Counted from the stretch's first letter, positions 7,625 through 18,523 are shown. The stretch: 61,706 nt of DNA from Candidatus Amesbacteria bacterium GW2011_GWC2_45_19 (GCA_001001555.1 LCKS01000001.1:18360-80065); one strand, 5' to 3'. Program-made: numbers and translations. Notes: generated by a model from the sequence alone, not told the origin.

Positions 7625-9922
7625 ATGGAACATAAGCCATTTTTAGTTGAGGGAATGCATTGCGCCAGCTGCGCAAAGAATATTGAGAATTTTTCCCGGG
7701 CACTCCCGGGGGTAACATCAGCGGCGGTTAACTTTGCCACGCAAAAAGGCGCCGTCTCTTTCGATGAAAATATTACCGGCATTGAAATTATCGCCAAGGG
7801 CATTACCGATGCGTTGGGATATAAGATCACTCCCATGGCGGAAAGAGATCCGGAAGAAGAAAGCCGTGCGTATCAAAAAGAAATCAGGCAACAGCGAAAT
7901 TATACGATTTTCTCCTGGCTTTTGGCTATTCCGATTATGCTGGGAACATTTCGGGAATATTGGATCATCAGCTCGTTCTCGCCGGCATTTTTGGCAAATA
8001 GTTACGTGATCTGGCTGTTGACAACACCGCTCATGCTCGGGCCCGGCCGGCAATTTTTTATAGGGGCGTATCGCGGGCTAAAGCACGGCTTCACTGACAT
8101 GAACCTTTTAATTGCCACCGGCACCGGCGCCGCATATCTTCTGGGCGTTGTCAACACGCTTTTTCCCAATATCGGATTCGGCGGTAAAGAAGTGGCCTTT
8201 TTTGAAACGGCAGCCCTCCTGACCGCCTTTCTTGTTCTAGGGCGATATCTTGAAATCTTAACCAGAGGCAAGGCATCGGAGGCGATTAAAAAATTGATGG
8301 GGCTGAAAGTGAAGACCGCCAGAGTTATGCGCCGCGGCAGCGAACAGGAAATTTCTATAGAGGAAATTAATGTTGGCGATCTGGTAGTAGTCAAGCCCGG
8401 AGAAAAATTTCCCGTCGACGGTGTTATTCGCAAGGGTTATACAGCGGTTGATGAGTCGATGATTACCGGAGAGAGCCTTCCGGTGGAAAAGAAGCAAAAT
8501 GACGCGGTTATCGGCGCCACCATCAATATAACCGGCTTGATTTGGTTTGAGGCAACGAAAATTGGCAAGGACACGATGCTGGCGCAAATTATTCAATTTA
8601 TTGAAGACGCCCAACTGGCCAAACCGAAAATTCAAAAATTAGCCGATAAAGTTTCCGGCAATTTTATTTTGGTCATTCATATTCTGGCTCTGCTCGTCTT
8701 TCTCTTCTGGTTTTTTGTCGGCTACAGCGCTTTTTTCACGCCCGGCGCCAAGTTTCTGCTTTCCAGCATTGCCTTATCCGCGGTACCGGGGTCGGTTTTT
8801 GCCGTATTATTGAGCATCACCGTATTGATTATTTCCTGTCCCTGCGCGGTGGGGCTGGCCACACCCAGCGCCATTGCCGCCGGCACGGCTAAAGGCGCCC
8901 AATACGGCATTTTAATAAGAGGGGGCGACGCTTTGGAGCGGGCCTCAAAAGTTGATACGGTAGTTTTGGATAAAACCGGCACGTTAACCAAAGGTAAACC
9001 CGCGCTGACAAATATATTAAACGTCGGATCGCTGGACGCGGATCAAATATTGCAAATAGCCGCCTCGGCCGAAAAAGGATCAGAACATCCCTTGGGCGCG
9101 GCCATGGTAAAAGCCGCTCTGAAAAAGAGTTTGGTTTTAGACCCGATTTCTCATCTGCAGGCGATTCCGGGCCACGGCATCGAAGCCGTTTTGGACAGAG
9201 GAAAGAAAATTTACCTGGGTAATAGGCAATTGATGAATGCTCAAAAAATTATATTGAGCGCCTCTGTTGAAAAGAAGATGCAAAAACTGGAAGGAGAAGG
9301 CAAAACAGCCATGATTTTGGCCGTGAACGGAACGGTTGAGGGGTTGATTGCGGTCGCCGATACATTAAAAGAAAATTCGCTGACGGCGGTTTTGGCCTTA
9401 CAAAAGATGGGGTTCAAGTTGTTGATGCTGACCGGTGATAACCAGCGTACCGCTCAGGCCATTGCCGGACAAATAGGTATTCAAAATGTCTTGGCGGAGG
9501 TCTTGCCGGCAAACAAAGCGTTAGAGATAAAAAAACTGCAGCAACAGGGAAGCGTTGTGGCCATGGTCGGCGATGGCATCAATGACGCGCCGGCCCTCAC
9601 CCAAGCGGATGTCGGCATTGCTATCGGCAGCGGTTCCGATATTGCCAAAGAAGCCGGACAAATAATCTTGGTTAAAGAAGATTTGAGAGATATCATTAAT
9701 GCGCTTGATTTGAGCAAAAAAACAATGAGAAAAATAAGAGAGAATCTTTTTTGGGCGTTTATATATAACGCCTTGGGCGTCCCGCTTGCCGCCGGCGTAT
9801 TATTTCCGTGGTTTAAGTTTTTGGTGAGTCCGGAACTGGCGGCTTTATTTATGGCTTTTAGTTCCGTCTCGGTCACCTTAAACACCCTGCTTTTACGACG
9901 GTACAAATTTAGATATTTATGA
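7625..9922 (+). CDS. copA: Cu(I)-exporting P1B-type ATPase
   Basis: 765 aa. N-terminal HMA domain ([12 protein letters not shown]), TM CPC motif ([11 protein letters not shown]), [17 protein letters not shown], and YN...P plus MAFSS in the last TMs. Confidence 0.9.
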   Translation: MEHKPFLVEGMHCASCAKNIENFSRALPGVTSAAVNFATQKGAVSFDENITGIEIIAKGITDALGYKITPMAERDPEEESRAYQKEIRQQRNYTIFSWLLAIPIMLGTFREYWIISSFSPAFLANSYVIWLLTTPLMLGPGRQFFIGAYRGLKHGFTDMNLLIATGTGAAYLLGVVNTLFPNIGFGGKEVAFFETAALLTAFLVLGRYLEILTRGKASEAIKKLMGLKVKTARVMRRGSEQEISIEEINVGDLVVVKPGEKFPVDGVIRKGYTAVDESMITGESLPVEKKQNDAVIGATINITGLIWFEATKIGKDTMLAQIIQFIEDAQLAKPKIQKLADKVSGNFILVIHILALLVFLFWFFVGYSAFFTPGAKFLLSSIALSAVPGSVFAVLLSITVLIISCPCAVGLATPSAIAAGTAKGAQYGILIRGGDALERASKVDTVVLDKTGTLTKGKPALTNILNVGSLDADQILQIAASAEKGSEHPLGAAMVKAALKKSLVLDPISHLQAIPGHGIEAVLDRGKKIYLGNRQLMNAQKIILSASVEKKMQKLEGEGKTAMILAVNGTVEGLIAVADTLKENSLTAVLALQKMGFKLLMLTGDNQRTAQAIAGQIGIQNVLAEVLPANKALEIKKLQQQGSVVAMVGDGINDAPALTQADVGIAIGSGSDIAKEAGQIILVKEDLRDIINALDLSKKTMRKIRENLFWAFIYNALGVPLAAGVLFPWFKFLVSPELAALFMAFSSVSVTLNTLLLRRYKFRYL

Positions 9923-10098
9923 AAAAAAACTCAAGAAACTTAGTCATTTCTTTAGCAACGGCCGTTCTTTTCAGCTTTTTATTTATTTTTGTGGCCAATA
10001 ACAAACAAGGAGTGGCAACATTTGATATCTCTTTAGGTACGGCATGGGTTTTCCTTTTATCTCTGATCGTCGCCTTATCTTTAGCGCAAAGGAACTAA
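9919..10098 (+). CDS. 59-aa two-TM membrane protein (below the ORF-track cutoff)
   Basis: The ATG at 9919 overlaps the copA stop (ATGA). [59 protein letters not shown], stop 10096-10098. Confidence 0.4.
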   Translation: MKKNSRNLVISLATAVLFSFLFIFVANNKQGVATFDISLGTAWVFLLSLIVALSLAQRN

Positions 10099-10100
10099 TT

Positions 10101-10910
10101 ATGATTCAAGTCAAAAAAGCTTCCGGAGATTTGGAACCATTTTCCGAAGAAAAAGTCATTCACTCTCTGCAAAAAGCCGGGATGGATCAGGCGGTGATAA
10201 GCAAGATAGTAACTGATATAAAAAAAGAACTTTATGAGGGGATATCTACCCAGAAAATTTACTCGTGTATTTTTGAGCTTCTCAAAAAGGAACAATCCCT
10301 TTCGTCAGGCAGATATAGTCTCAAAAAAGCGATTATGGACCTGGGCCCCACCGGCTTTCCGTTTGAAAAATTTGTGGGAGAACTTTTAAAACATAACGGG
10401 TATCAAGTAGAAACCGGAGTGCACGTTTCCGGCCGTTGTGTGACGCATGAAATTGACGTTGTAGCCCAAAAAGACACCCAGCGTTTTATGGTGGAGTGTA
10501 AATTCCACAATCAGCCGGGGACACGGTCCGACGTCAAAGTAGCTTTATATATCAAGGCCCGGTTTGACGACATAAAGGCAACTTTCAATCAAGCCTGGCT
10601 GGTGACCAACACCAAGCTCACGTCCGATGCTATCCAATACGGTGCATGCACGGGCATGCAGCTCGTCGGCTGGAGTTATCCGGCCTCCGGTTCACTGCAA
10701 GATCTCATTGAACGTTCAGGGCTGCATCCGGTGACGTGTCTGACATCTTTGTCCCAAAAACAAAAACAAACACTTTTATCTTCGGATATCGTGTTGTGCC
10801 GGGATGTTGCAACTGCCAAGCAGGAAGTTCTTTTGTCGCTTGCCTTATCCGACGAACAAAAAACCAGGTTATTTGCGGAGATTAGAGCAGTCTGTCGTGT
10901 CAATCTATGA
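10101..10910 (+). CDS. ATP-cone domain fused to an Mrr-type restriction-endonuclease-fold domain
   Basis: Start moved to MIQVKK (10101). ATP-cone: IQVKKASGDLEPFSEEKVIHSLQKAG. Nuclease fold: FEKFVGELLKHNGYQV...HEIDVVAQKD...VECKFH (D-(E/Q)xK-like). Confidence 0.65.
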   Translation: MIQVKKASGDLEPFSEEKVIHSLQKAGMDQAVISKIVTDIKKELYEGISTQKIYSCIFELLKKEQSLSSGRYSLKKAIMDLGPTGFPFEKFVGELLKHNGYQVETGVHVSGRCVTHEIDVVAQKDTQRFMVECKFHNQPGTRSDVKVALYIKARFDDIKATFNQAWLVTNTKLTSDAIQYGACTGMQLVGWSYPASGSLQDLIERSGLHPVTCLTSLSQKQKQTLLSSDIVLCRDVATAKQEVLLSLALSDEQKTRLFAEIRAVCRVNL

Positions 10911-13063
10911 TCATGTATACCTGTCCAATGCATAAAGAAGTGATGTCAGATAAACCGGGATCTTGCCCAAAGTGCGGGATGACGTTAGTTCCGGCAGGCC
11001 AACACGGAATGAATTCTTGGGAAAAGTTCAAAATGAGTATGACCATGGCCATGGGCATGGAGCATGGAGGTTTAGCCGGACGGGAAATGGCCAAGCTGAT
11101 GGAAGAAGATATCAGAAATAAATTTTTCTTCGCCCTGATCCTTTCTCTTCCCATCATTGCCTACTCGCCGTTGGGTGTTCAGGTATTAAAACTTAATCTA
11201 CCTTCACCCATCCCCATTCCCTGGCTATTATTTTTGATCACCACTCCGGTTTTCTTTTATTCCGGCTGGATTTTTCTTTACTCCACTTATAAAGCTTTGC
11301 AGGCAAAAACACTGAATATGGCGGTTCTTATTGCTGTGGGAATTACTGCCGCCTATGCGTTTAGTGTTCTACTTACTTTTCTGGGTAATAGTGATTCCTA
11401 TTATGAAGCGGCGGCCCTTTTAATTACATTTGTTCTTTTCGGGCACTGGATGGAGATGAAATCACGCCGGGGCACTACCGATGCGCTGCAAGCACTTTTT
11501 GATCTGGTTCCGCCACAGGCCAGACTATGGAAAGACGGGAAAGAGACATTAGTACCTACATCTGACGTAAAACTTGGTGACATTTTGATTCTCAAACCTG
11601 GCGACAAAGTGCCGGTGGACGGTGAGATTGTTGAAGGCGAAACGGCTATTGATGAATCCCTGGTTACCGGAGAATCCCTCCCCGTTGCCAAAAGTGCCGG
11701 TGACAAGGTGATCGGAGGTTCAATTAACACTTCAGGATCGGTCAAATTTAAGGCTACTAAAATCGGTGAAGATACCGCACTGGCCCAGATTGTAAAGATG
11801 GTCGAGACTGCCCAGAACTCCAAAGCTCCGGGGCAAAAAATCGCTGATCGGTTTGCCAGATATTTAGTCATAGTGGCTGTTGGCGGAGGATTACTCACTT
11901 TTGCAGTTTGGTTTTTCATTTTGGGCCAGCCGCTGCTGTTTGCCCTGACCTTTGCTATCTCCACCATAGTTATTGCCTGTCCGGATGCTCTAGGCTTGGC
12001 TACCCCGACCGCAGTGGCAGTAGGTACCGGCTTAGGAGCTAAGCACAATATTTTGATTAAAGATGCTCCGACACTCGAGCAGGTTTCAAAAATCCAAGCG
12101 GTGGTGATGGACAAGACCGGCACTCTCACCGAGGGCAAACCCAAAATTACTGATGTGGTGGCCGCAAAGGAATTCACCCAGGATCAGATCATCCAGCTGG
12201 CAGCCTCTGTAGAGGTAAAATCTTCCCACCCCTTGAGTAAGGCAGTTTTAGAGAAAGCAGAAGCGGAGAGGCTTGTCCCGGGCGAAGCCGAAGGATTCAA
12301 AAACCTGGCCGGTCACGGCGTTGAAGCGATAGTTGACGGTAAACATGTACTCGTCGGCACTGTGAAACTCATGAACGACTGGAAAGTTAATATTGAACCT
12401 CTGCAAAAAGATATTGACCGGCTTCTATCAGAGGGAAAAACTATTATGATTTTGGCAGTTGATAAAAAGATCGCCGGAGTAGCCGCCGCCTCTGATCCGG
12501 TGAAGGAAAATGCTAAGCACGCTGTTACCAGGATGAAAGAATTGGGACTGGAAATAGCTATGATTACCGGAGATAACAAAAAAACTGCGGAAGTCATTGG
12601 AAAGCAACTCAATATTGACAGAATTTTCTCCGAAGTTCTGCCTGAAGACAAAGCTTCATACGTCAAAAAACTGCAAAACGAAGGCAAATTTACCGCCATG
12701 GTCGGCGATGGAGTGAATGATGCTCCGGCCCTGGCTCAGGCAGATATTGGCATTGCCATTGGTGCAGGGACTGATGTGGCCATCGAAACGGCTAAAGTCG
12801 TTCTGATGAAGTCAGACCCTGCTGATGTGCTGCGGGCTATTAAACTCTCCAAAGCGACCGTGCGCAAAATGAAACAAAACCTTTTCTGGGCTTCGATTTA
12901 TAATTTACTGGCTATTCCGGTAGCCGCAGGCGTTCTCTATCCTGCTTACAACATTTCGCTTCGTCCGGAGATTTCAGCCCTGCTGATGAGTGTTTCCTCA
13001 ATTATCGTGGCCACGAATGCAGTTCTTTTAAATCGGGCTGAAAAGGATTTGATAACCATATGA
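10907..13063 (+). CDS. P1B-type heavy-metal ATPase, CopB-like, with an unusual CPD transmembrane motif
   Basis: 718 aa. N-terminal YTCPMHKEVMSDKPGSCPKCGMTLVP metal-binding motif and a Met/His-rich stretch (MSMTMAMGMEHGG). TM motif IACPDALGLATP (CPD at 11978-11986). DKTGTLT, GDGVNDAPAL. Confidence 0.85.
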   Translation: MIMYTCPMHKEVMSDKPGSCPKCGMTLVPAGQHGMNSWEKFKMSMTMAMGMEHGGLAGREMAKLMEEDIRNKFFFALILSLPIIAYSPLGVQVLKLNLPSPIPIPWLLFLITTPVFFYSGWIFLYSTYKALQAKTLNMAVLIAVGITAAYAFSVLLTFLGNSDSYYEAAALLITFVLFGHWMEMKSRRGTTDALQALFDLVPPQARLWKDGKETLVPTSDVKLGDILILKPGDKVPVDGEIVEGETAIDESLVTGESLPVAKSAGDKVIGGSINTSGSVKFKATKIGEDTALAQIVKMVETAQNSKAPGQKIADRFARYLVIVAVGGGLLTFAVWFFILGQPLLFALTFAISTIVIACPDALGLATPTAVAVGTGLGAKHNILIKDAPTLEQVSKIQAVVMDKTGTLTEGKPKITDVVAAKEFTQDQIIQLAASVEVKSSHPLSKAVLEKAEAERLVPGEAEGFKNLAGHGVEAIVDGKHVLVGTVKLMNDWKVNIEPLQKDIDRLLSEGKTIMILAVDKKIAGVAAASDPVKENAKHAVTRMKELGLEIAMITGDNKKTAEVIGKQLNIDRIFSEVLPEDKASYVKKLQNEGKFTAMVGDGVNDAPALAQADIGIAIGAGTDVAIETAKVVLMKSDPADVLRAIKLSKATVRKMKQNLFWASIYNLLAIPVAAGVLYPAYNISLRPEISALLMSVSSIIVATNAVLLNRAEKDLITI

Positions 13064-13467
13064 ATGGCGTAATTATAAAAGGATTATTGGCGACACTTAT
13101 TCTTCTCGCATTTTATTTCACTATCGTTGTTTTGGTTTCGGGTTGGAGTTTTGCCCAGGATCAGTTTCGCCAATTCTGGTACTACGTTGTTACTTTGGCA
13201 ATAGGATTTGGTGTTCAGGTCGGGCTCTATAGTTATTTTAAGACGTTAGGAAAAGTGCTGGCTGTATCCGGGACGACCTCGACTGCGGCCATGGTTTCCT
13301 GCTGCGCTCATTATTTAGTGAATGTTTTACCAATTTTAGGAGCAGTCGGAATTATTACAGTCATTTCCCAGTACCAGATACAACTATTCTGGATAGGGTT
13401 GGCGTTTAATTTTGCTGGAATTGGATATATGCTGTATCAAGTTAGGAATTTTACCAAAAAGCCATGA
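13060..13467 (+). CDS. 4-TM membrane protein with an intramembrane CC pair
   Basis: 135 aa. ATGA overlap with the ATPase. Carries TSTAAMVSCCAHYLVNVLPILG. Confidence 0.45.
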   Translation: MNGVIIKGLLATLILLAFYFTIVVLVSGWSFAQDQFRQFWYYVVTLAIGFGVQVGLYSYFKTLGKVLAVSGTTSTAAMVSCCAHYLVNVLPILGAVGIITVISQYQIQLFWIGLAFNFAGIGYMLYQVRNFTKKP

Positions 13468-13835
13468 AATATATCGTCCTGGTTTTAATACTTATTGTGG
13501 GGGGACTTTTGCTGTCATCCCGCTTCAAAACGCAAGAAAAAAAAGTTGCCCCGCTAACAGTGGAAGTTTCGCCCCAGGATCCATCATTTTCCAGTCAATT
13601 ATGGAAATTTGGTGTCTCTCTCGATACCCACTCGGGCGACTTGAATCAGGATTTAGTAAAAATTGCTACCCTGAGAGACGATAAAGGTAAAGTTTACCGG
13701 CCCATATCTTGGGAAGGCGATCCGCCTGGGGGACACCATAGAAAGGGCACACTTTCATTTCAATCGGTTAATCCCAAACCCGCCCAAATCATTTTACAAA
13801 TCGAAGAAAGGAAATTTATTTGGGATATTAAATGA
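13464..13835 (+). CDS. small anchored/exported protein, unknown function
   Basis: 123 aa. N-terminal TM helix. His-rich patch PPGGHHRKG. Overlaps the upstream stop. Confidence 0.4.
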   Translation: MKYIVLVLILIVGGLLLSSRFKTQEKKVAPLTVEVSPQDPSFSSQLWKFGVSLDTHSGDLNQDLVKIATLRDDKGKVYRPISWEGDPPGGHHRKGTLSFQSVNPKPAQIILQIEERKFIWDIK

Positions 13836-13853
13836 AAAAGGAGGTGAGAATTA

Positions 13854-14120
13854 ATGAAGCATGAACCAAACGCCACCGCCAATGCAGCAGCCGTAACTGT
13901 TGCAGTGGTTTATATCGTGTGCCGTGTAGCCATTGTTCTTTTCCCGGACCTGGTGATGACTATTGCCCAAGCGTGGTTTCACGGCCTTGAATTAAGCAAA
14001 GTCTCCGGATGGAATCTATCCCTGGGCTCATTTATTTTGGGCCTGGTTACATCTTCCGGAGGAGCCTGGCTGGTTGGCTATCTTTTTGCCAATGCCTATA
14101 ACTACTTTGTCAAAAAGTAA
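13854..14120 (+). CDS. small 2-3 TM membrane protein, unknown function
   Basis: 88 aa. Strong AAAGGAGGTGA Shine-Dalgarno upstream. Confidence 0.45.
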   Translation: MKHEPNATANAAAVTVAVVYIVCRVAIVLFPDLVMTIAQAWFHGLELSKVSGWNLSLGSFILGLVTSSGGAWLVGYLFANAYNYFVKK

Positions 14121-14167
14121 GTCGGGGTCTTGCCTACCTGGCGTGTAAACGGTAAAATATTCTTTGC

Positions 14168-14653
14168 ATGGACGAGGATAAATTCAAACAATTACTGGCT
14201 AAAGTTAAGCAACTTCAAGCCAACGGTGGTTACGACCTGTCTTTGGAAGAGGATTTGAGTATTGCCGTTATGAATCTGATTAGTCTGGAAGAACATTTTT
14301 ATTTTACCTCCCAGAAGACCGGCCAGCCGGATTATTTAGATTTACTGCAGCAAACCCGCGAGGTCAGAAAACAACTTCTGGCCAAGATGATCCCCGTCAA
14401 CGAAGGGGAGACTTGGTGTATTTCTAAACACTTGCTGGCTGCTACCATGCGCCTGATTGAAGTCGGCACCAAATACCGGACAGACGGTAAAAAACAGGAA
14501 GCGAATACATCTTTTACTCAAGCATATAAAATTTACTCACTCTTCTGGGCCGTCCGCTTGAAACTCCTAGATCTCAAAGGCGTCAGAAAATTAAAAAAGC
14601 CGGTTTCGGTCGAGGATTTGGTTAATCAATTGGTAGATTGCTGTCAGGAATGA
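14168..14653 (+). CDS. hypothetical cytoplasmic protein (C-terminal CC pair)
   Basis: 161 aa. No family recognised. Ends ..QLVDCCQE. Confidence 0.4.
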   Translation: MDEDKFKQLLAKVKQLQANGGYDLSLEEDLSIAVMNLISLEEHFYFTSQKTGQPDYLDLLQQTREVRKQLLAKMIPVNEGETWCISKHLLAATMRLIEVGTKYRTDGKKQEANTSFTQAYKIYSLFWAVRLKLLDLKGVRKLKKPVSVEDLVNQLVDCCQE

Positions 14654-14994
14654 AATATTTAATAATTGCCATAGTTCTAATTTCTAGTCTCTATTTTCTA
14701 GTTTCCCGTAAGCCACAGGAAATAAAAAATTATGACCAGTTCGCTCAATGCCTGGCCGAAAAGAAACTCACCATGTACGGAGCTTACTGGTGTTCCCATT
14801 GTCAAAACGAAAAGAAGATTTTTGGAGATTCTTTTAAATACGTGCCTTACGTGGAGTGTACCCAAGAGACCAAGCTTTGTTTGGACAAGGGAGTCAACGG
14901 CTACCCAACTTGGATAGACGCATCCGGTCAAAAATATGAAGGGGAGCAAGGACTTTTAGGTTTATCTAAAATCTCCGGCTGCCCACTGCCATGA
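14650..14994 (+). CDS. membrane-anchored thioredoxin-like protein (VKOR-associated Trx-domain type)
   Basis: Start moved to MKYLII (ATGA overlap). GAYWCSHCQNEKKIFG...YVEC...C...GYPTW matches the thioredoxin-like domain fused to bacterial VKOR homologues. Confidence 0.6.
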   Translation: MKYLIIAIVLISSLYFLVSRKPQEIKNYDQFAQCLAEKKLTMYGAYWCSHCQNEKKIFGDSFKYVPYVECTQETKLCLDKGVNGYPTWIDASGQKYEGEQGLLGLSKISGCPLP

Positions 14995-15665
14995 ATTACA
15001 CTGTTCCGTTGACTAGACCCATGATACTTCTCATTGTGGGTGCCGCGCTGGCCATCGGTGTCATCCGCGTCACCTTTCTATCTATCTCCAAAGCCCAGTC
15101 TTTCGCCGGCTGCCCTGCCGACCTGTCCCAAACTGGCGTTGATCCCACCCAGACAGTGGCCATGTGGAACAATCTCCCAATTCGTCCTCTGACCGCACTG
15201 GCTGAAACCCTCTCCGAATCTCAGAAAAAGGTTCTAGGTAGTTCTGCCGATGAAAAATGGATCGAAGTGGACTTGTCTGATCAGAAACTCATCGCCCATC
15301 AGGGCGACTCTATCTTCTTGGAAAGCTTAATTTCCTCCGGGTTGTGGGGCAAGACCCCGCCGGGAGAGTATGCTATCTGGTATAAAATCCGGGCTACTAA
15401 AATGGAAGGCGGTAATCGGGCCACCAACACCTACTATTATCTACCCAACGTCCCCTATGCCATGTTTTTTAAAGGCGATTTTGGCATCCACGGCACTTAT
15501 TGGCACCAAAATTTTGGTAAACCCATGAGTCATGGTTGCGTCAACGCCCCTACTCCTATCGCTGAAAAGTTATTTTATTGGACGGATCCCGTTCTTCCCG
15601 ATGGCCAGTGGGCCATCCGGGCCACGAACGCCAATCCCGGTACCCGCGTCGTCATCCATGAATAA
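14991..15665 (+). CDS. L,D-transpeptidase (YkuD family)
   Basis: 224 aa. HGTYWHQNFGKPMSHGCVN catalytic His/Cys motif. Confidence 0.8.
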   Translation: MNYTVPLTRPMILLIVGAALAIGVIRVTFLSISKAQSFAGCPADLSQTGVDPTQTVAMWNNLPIRPLTALAETLSESQKKVLGSSADEKWIEVDLSDQKLIAHQGDSIFLESLISSGLWGKTPPGEYAIWYKIRATKMEGGNRATNTYYYLPNVPYAMFFKGDFGIHGTYWHQNFGKPMSHGCVNAPTPIAEKLFYWTDPVLPDGQWAIRATNANPGTRVVIHE

Positions 15666-16116
15666 TTTAATAATCTTTTTTGCGGACTATGCTATCTTTC
15701 TTCTCTTCGCTTTGCTCCCCGTCTTGTGGCTTAAGAAAAAACGGGAAATGGTTCTCCACGCCGTTATTAGCGCTTTTATCGCCTGGCTGATCGGCAAATT
15801 CTTGAAAGATTTTTTTGCCGTTCCCCGTCCTTACTTGGTAAATAGCACCAGCCCTCTGGCGGGCCATTTTTCCAATGGGTCTTTTCCCAGCAATCACACC
15901 ACCGCCGCCTTCGCTATCTCTGTCTCCATTTTTTTGCACCAGCACAGATGGGGGATTCCCCTCATCATTTTTAGCTTGAGCATAGGTATTAGCCGGATTT
16001 TGGGTGGGGTGCATTATCCATTAGATGTCTTGGGTGGCGTAATCATCGGTAGCTTAGTCGCGTGGCTCACTTACCGCTTGCACGTCCACAAACTCCTTGA
16101 CAGGTTATCACTCTAA
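15658..16116 (+). CDS. PAP2-family phosphatase (undecaprenyl-diphosphatase-like)
   Basis: Start moved to MNNLIIFF (15658). The ORF-track start at 15532 lies inside the upstream gene. Carries PSNHTTAAFA and GGVHYPLDVLGG motifs. Confidence 0.75.
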   Translation: MNNLIIFFADYAIFLLFALLPVLWLKKKREMVLHAVISAFIAWLIGKFLKDFFAVPRPYLVNSTSPLAGHFSNGSFPSNHTTAAFAISVSIFLHQHRWGIPLIIFSLSIGISRILGGVHYPLDVLGGVIIGSLVAWLTYRLHVHKLLDRLSL

Positions 16117-16135
16117 ATGCTAGACTGCTAAGAAT

Positions 16136-18523
16136 ATGGACTACCCTGTTATTGCTCTGCGCGAGGGCGTCGTTTTTCCCCACACCGATGCCGTCCTCAC
16201 TTTTGGCCGGCCCAGGAGCAGCGCCGGTATCCAGGCCGCATTTGCGGCTGATAAACGGGCCGTTTTTGTGGCTCAGCGCCAGCCGGTAGCCAACCCCGAA
16301 CCCCAGGATCTGTACGAGGTCGGCACTCTGTGTGTCATTGAACAAGTTGTTTCGTCCGGTAACGAATTATTCGCCGTGGTCCGCGGCATCAGCCGGGTCA
16401 AACTTGGCCCCATTTCCACTCTCGATCCGTTTTTTGTGGCTACTGCCGAGCCCCTCCCTGAACCTCAAATTCCATCTCCCGCCCAAGTTAATCTCTCCAG
16501 ACAAATCATCTCCGAGTTTAAAAAAGCTTTTGATTTAGGCAAATCCATGGATTTTCTGGTTTTTATGCGCCTGATGTCCGGGGTGTCTGCCGCCGAATTG
16601 TCTGATCAAGTTGCCAACTCTCTGGACCTGGCCACCGCCGTCAAGCAGGAACTTTTGCAAACTCTATCCGTCAACGACCGCCTGGAAAAAGTTCTCCAGT
16701 ATTTATCTCACGAGGTCAAAGTTATGGACCTGGAACGTTCCATTGCCACCAAAACCCAGGCTAAATTTGAGCGCAACATGCGCGAGCAGATGCTGCGCGA
16801 ACGCAAACGCACTATCCAGGACGAGCTGAAAAAATTGGGTTCGGATGAGACGGAAGAAGATGAAGACAGCGACCTGGGCGACTTAAAACGCCGCATCAAA
16901 GCCGCTAAGATGCCGGCGGAGACCCGCAAAAAAGCCGAGAAAGAGCTCTCCCGCCTATCCCAAATGAATCCCAACAACCCGGAAAGCAATTACATCCGGA
17001 CTTACTTAGATTGGCTGGCAGACATGCCTTGGGCCAAGCTGTCGCCCAATCATGTGTCTATTTCTTCCGCCGCCAAAGTCTTGGACACCGATCACTATGG
17101 CCTGAAAAAAGTCAAAGAACGGATTGTGGAGTATCTAGCTGTCATGAAACTGCGCCAACGTCAACAACCATCAACTATGAACCAACAACAGTCGCCCACT
17201 ATTTTGTGTTTCGTCGGCCCTCCGGGAGTGGGCAAAACTTCTATCGGTAAATCCATTGCCCGGGCTCTGGGCCGCAAATTTGTCCGCATTTCTCTGGGGG
17301 GCATCCGCGACGAAGCCGAAATTAGAGGCCACCGGCGGACTTACGTCGGGGCTATGCCGGGGCGTATCATTCAGGGCATAAAAAATGCCGGCACCCGCAA
17401 CCCGGTCTTTATGCTGGACGAAATTGATAAATTGGGAAATGATTTCCGCGGCGATCCGTCTTCGGCCCTTCTGGAAGCTCTGGACCCGGAGCAAAACAAC
17501 CAATTTTCCGACCATTATCTGGAAGTCCCCTTCGACCTGTCTCAAGTTATGTTTATTACTACCGCCAACATGCTGGATACCACCCCTCCGGCTCTGCGCG
17601 ACCGTCTGGAAATTATCGCTTTTCCCGGCTACACCCTGGACGAAAAACATCACATCGCCTCCGATTATTTATGGCCCAAGCAAGTTGTCAACGGGGGCCT
17701 CTCTAAAACTTTGAAAATCGAAACCGCGGCCATCAAAGAAATTACCCGCCGCTATACCCGGGAAGCCGGCGTGCGCGACTTGGAAAGAAACCTGGCCAAA
17801 ATTGTCCGCAAATTGGCCCGTCAAGTGGCCGGCCGCAAACGCATATCTCATATCATTTCATCTGCCGATGTGCGCAAATACTTGGGAGCCCACCGTTTCC
17901 CCGAGACTTTGGCCGAAAAACAGGATGAAGTAGGTATGTCCACCGGTCTGGCTTATACCGAAGCCGGCGGAGATATTTTGTTTATCGAAGTAGCTCTCAT
18001 GCCCGGTAAGGGCGAGCTCAAACTCACCGGCCAGCTGGGAGATGTGATGAAAGAATCCGCCCACGCCGCCTATTCCTACATCCGTTCCCGCTGGTCTAAA
18101 TTAGGGCTGAAAGAAGATTTTTACAAAAAGACCGACGTCCATATCCACGTTCCCGAAGGGGCTACTCCCAAAGACGGACCGTCGGCCGGCATTGCCCTGG
18201 CCACCGCCCTCATTTCCGCTTTCACCAAAATCCCCATCCGTAGGGATACGGCTATGACTGGAGAAATTACCTTGCGCGGCCGGGTGCTGGAAATTGGCGG
18301 AGTCAAGGAAAAAGTTATTGCCGCCCACCGCGCCGGCATCACCCGGGTCATTCTGCCTAAGGAAAACAGGAAAGATTTATTGGAAGATGTGCCGGCTACG
18401 GTCAGAAACGAAATGGAGTTTTTCTTCGTTTCCCATCTGGACGACGTGCTTAAATTAGCTCTGCGTCTGTCCTCTGCCAAATCCGCTCCTTCCACCCGCC
18501 CCTATCTCACCGCCATCGCCTAG
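16136..18523 (+). CDS. lon: ATP-dependent Lon protease
   Basis: 795 aa. LON N-domain, Walker [10 protein letters not shown], and protease Ser motif KDGPSAGIA. Confidence 0.95.
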   Translation: MDYPVIALREGVVFPHTDAVLTFGRPRSSAGIQAAFAADKRAVFVAQRQPVANPEPQDLYEVGTLCVIEQVVSSGNELFAVVRGISRVKLGPISTLDPFFVATAEPLPEPQIPSPAQVNLSRQIISEFKKAFDLGKSMDFLVFMRLMSGVSAAELSDQVANSLDLATAVKQELLQTLSVNDRLEKVLQYLSHEVKVMDLERSIATKTQAKFERNMREQMLRERKRTIQDELKKLGSDETEEDEDSDLGDLKRRIKAAKMPAETRKKAEKELSRLSQMNPNNPESNYIRTYLDWLADMPWAKLSPNHVSISSAAKVLDTDHYGLKKVKERIVEYLAVMKLRQRQQPSTMNQQQSPTILCFVGPPGVGKTSIGKSIARALGRKFVRISLGGIRDEAEIRGHRRTYVGAMPGRIIQGIKNAGTRNPVFMLDEIDKLGNDFRGDPSSALLEALDPEQNNQFSDHYLEVPFDLSQVMFITTANMLDTTPPALRDRLEIIAFPGYTLDEKHHIASDYLWPKQVVNGGLSKTLKIETAAIKEITRRYTREAGVRDLERNLAKIVRKLARQVAGRKRISHIISSADVRKYLGAHRFPETLAEKQDEVGMSTGLAYTEAGGDILFIEVALMPGKGELKLTGQLGDVMKESAHAAYSYIRSRWSKLGLKEDFYKKTDVHIHVPEGATPKDGPSAGIALATALISAFTKIPIRRDTAMTGEITLRGRVLEIGGVKEKVIAAHRAGITRVILPKENRKDLLEDVPATVRNEMEFFFVSHLDDVLKLALRLSSAKSAPSTRPYLTAIA

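Noticed and set aside
7718-9906. Long antisense or alternate-frame ORFs inside copA (for example 8002-8433, 8258-8635, 9481-9906). Similar shadow ORFs lie inside the second ATPase (11401-12177), lon (17171-17653, 18121-18495), secA, typA, the TPR gene and the giant protein.
   Set aside because: They lie wholly within strongly supported genes on the opposite strand or in another frame. They have low-complexity or odd composition and no recognisable motifs, which is typical of shadow ORFs.
15532-15657. ORF-track 5' extensions that run into upstream genes (15532, 44255, 44874, 45599, 32602, 35619, 19509).
   Set aside because: In each case an internal ATG gives a canonical N-terminus and an ATGA or short overlap with the upstream stop. 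The extensions translate the upstream gene's 3' end in another frame.
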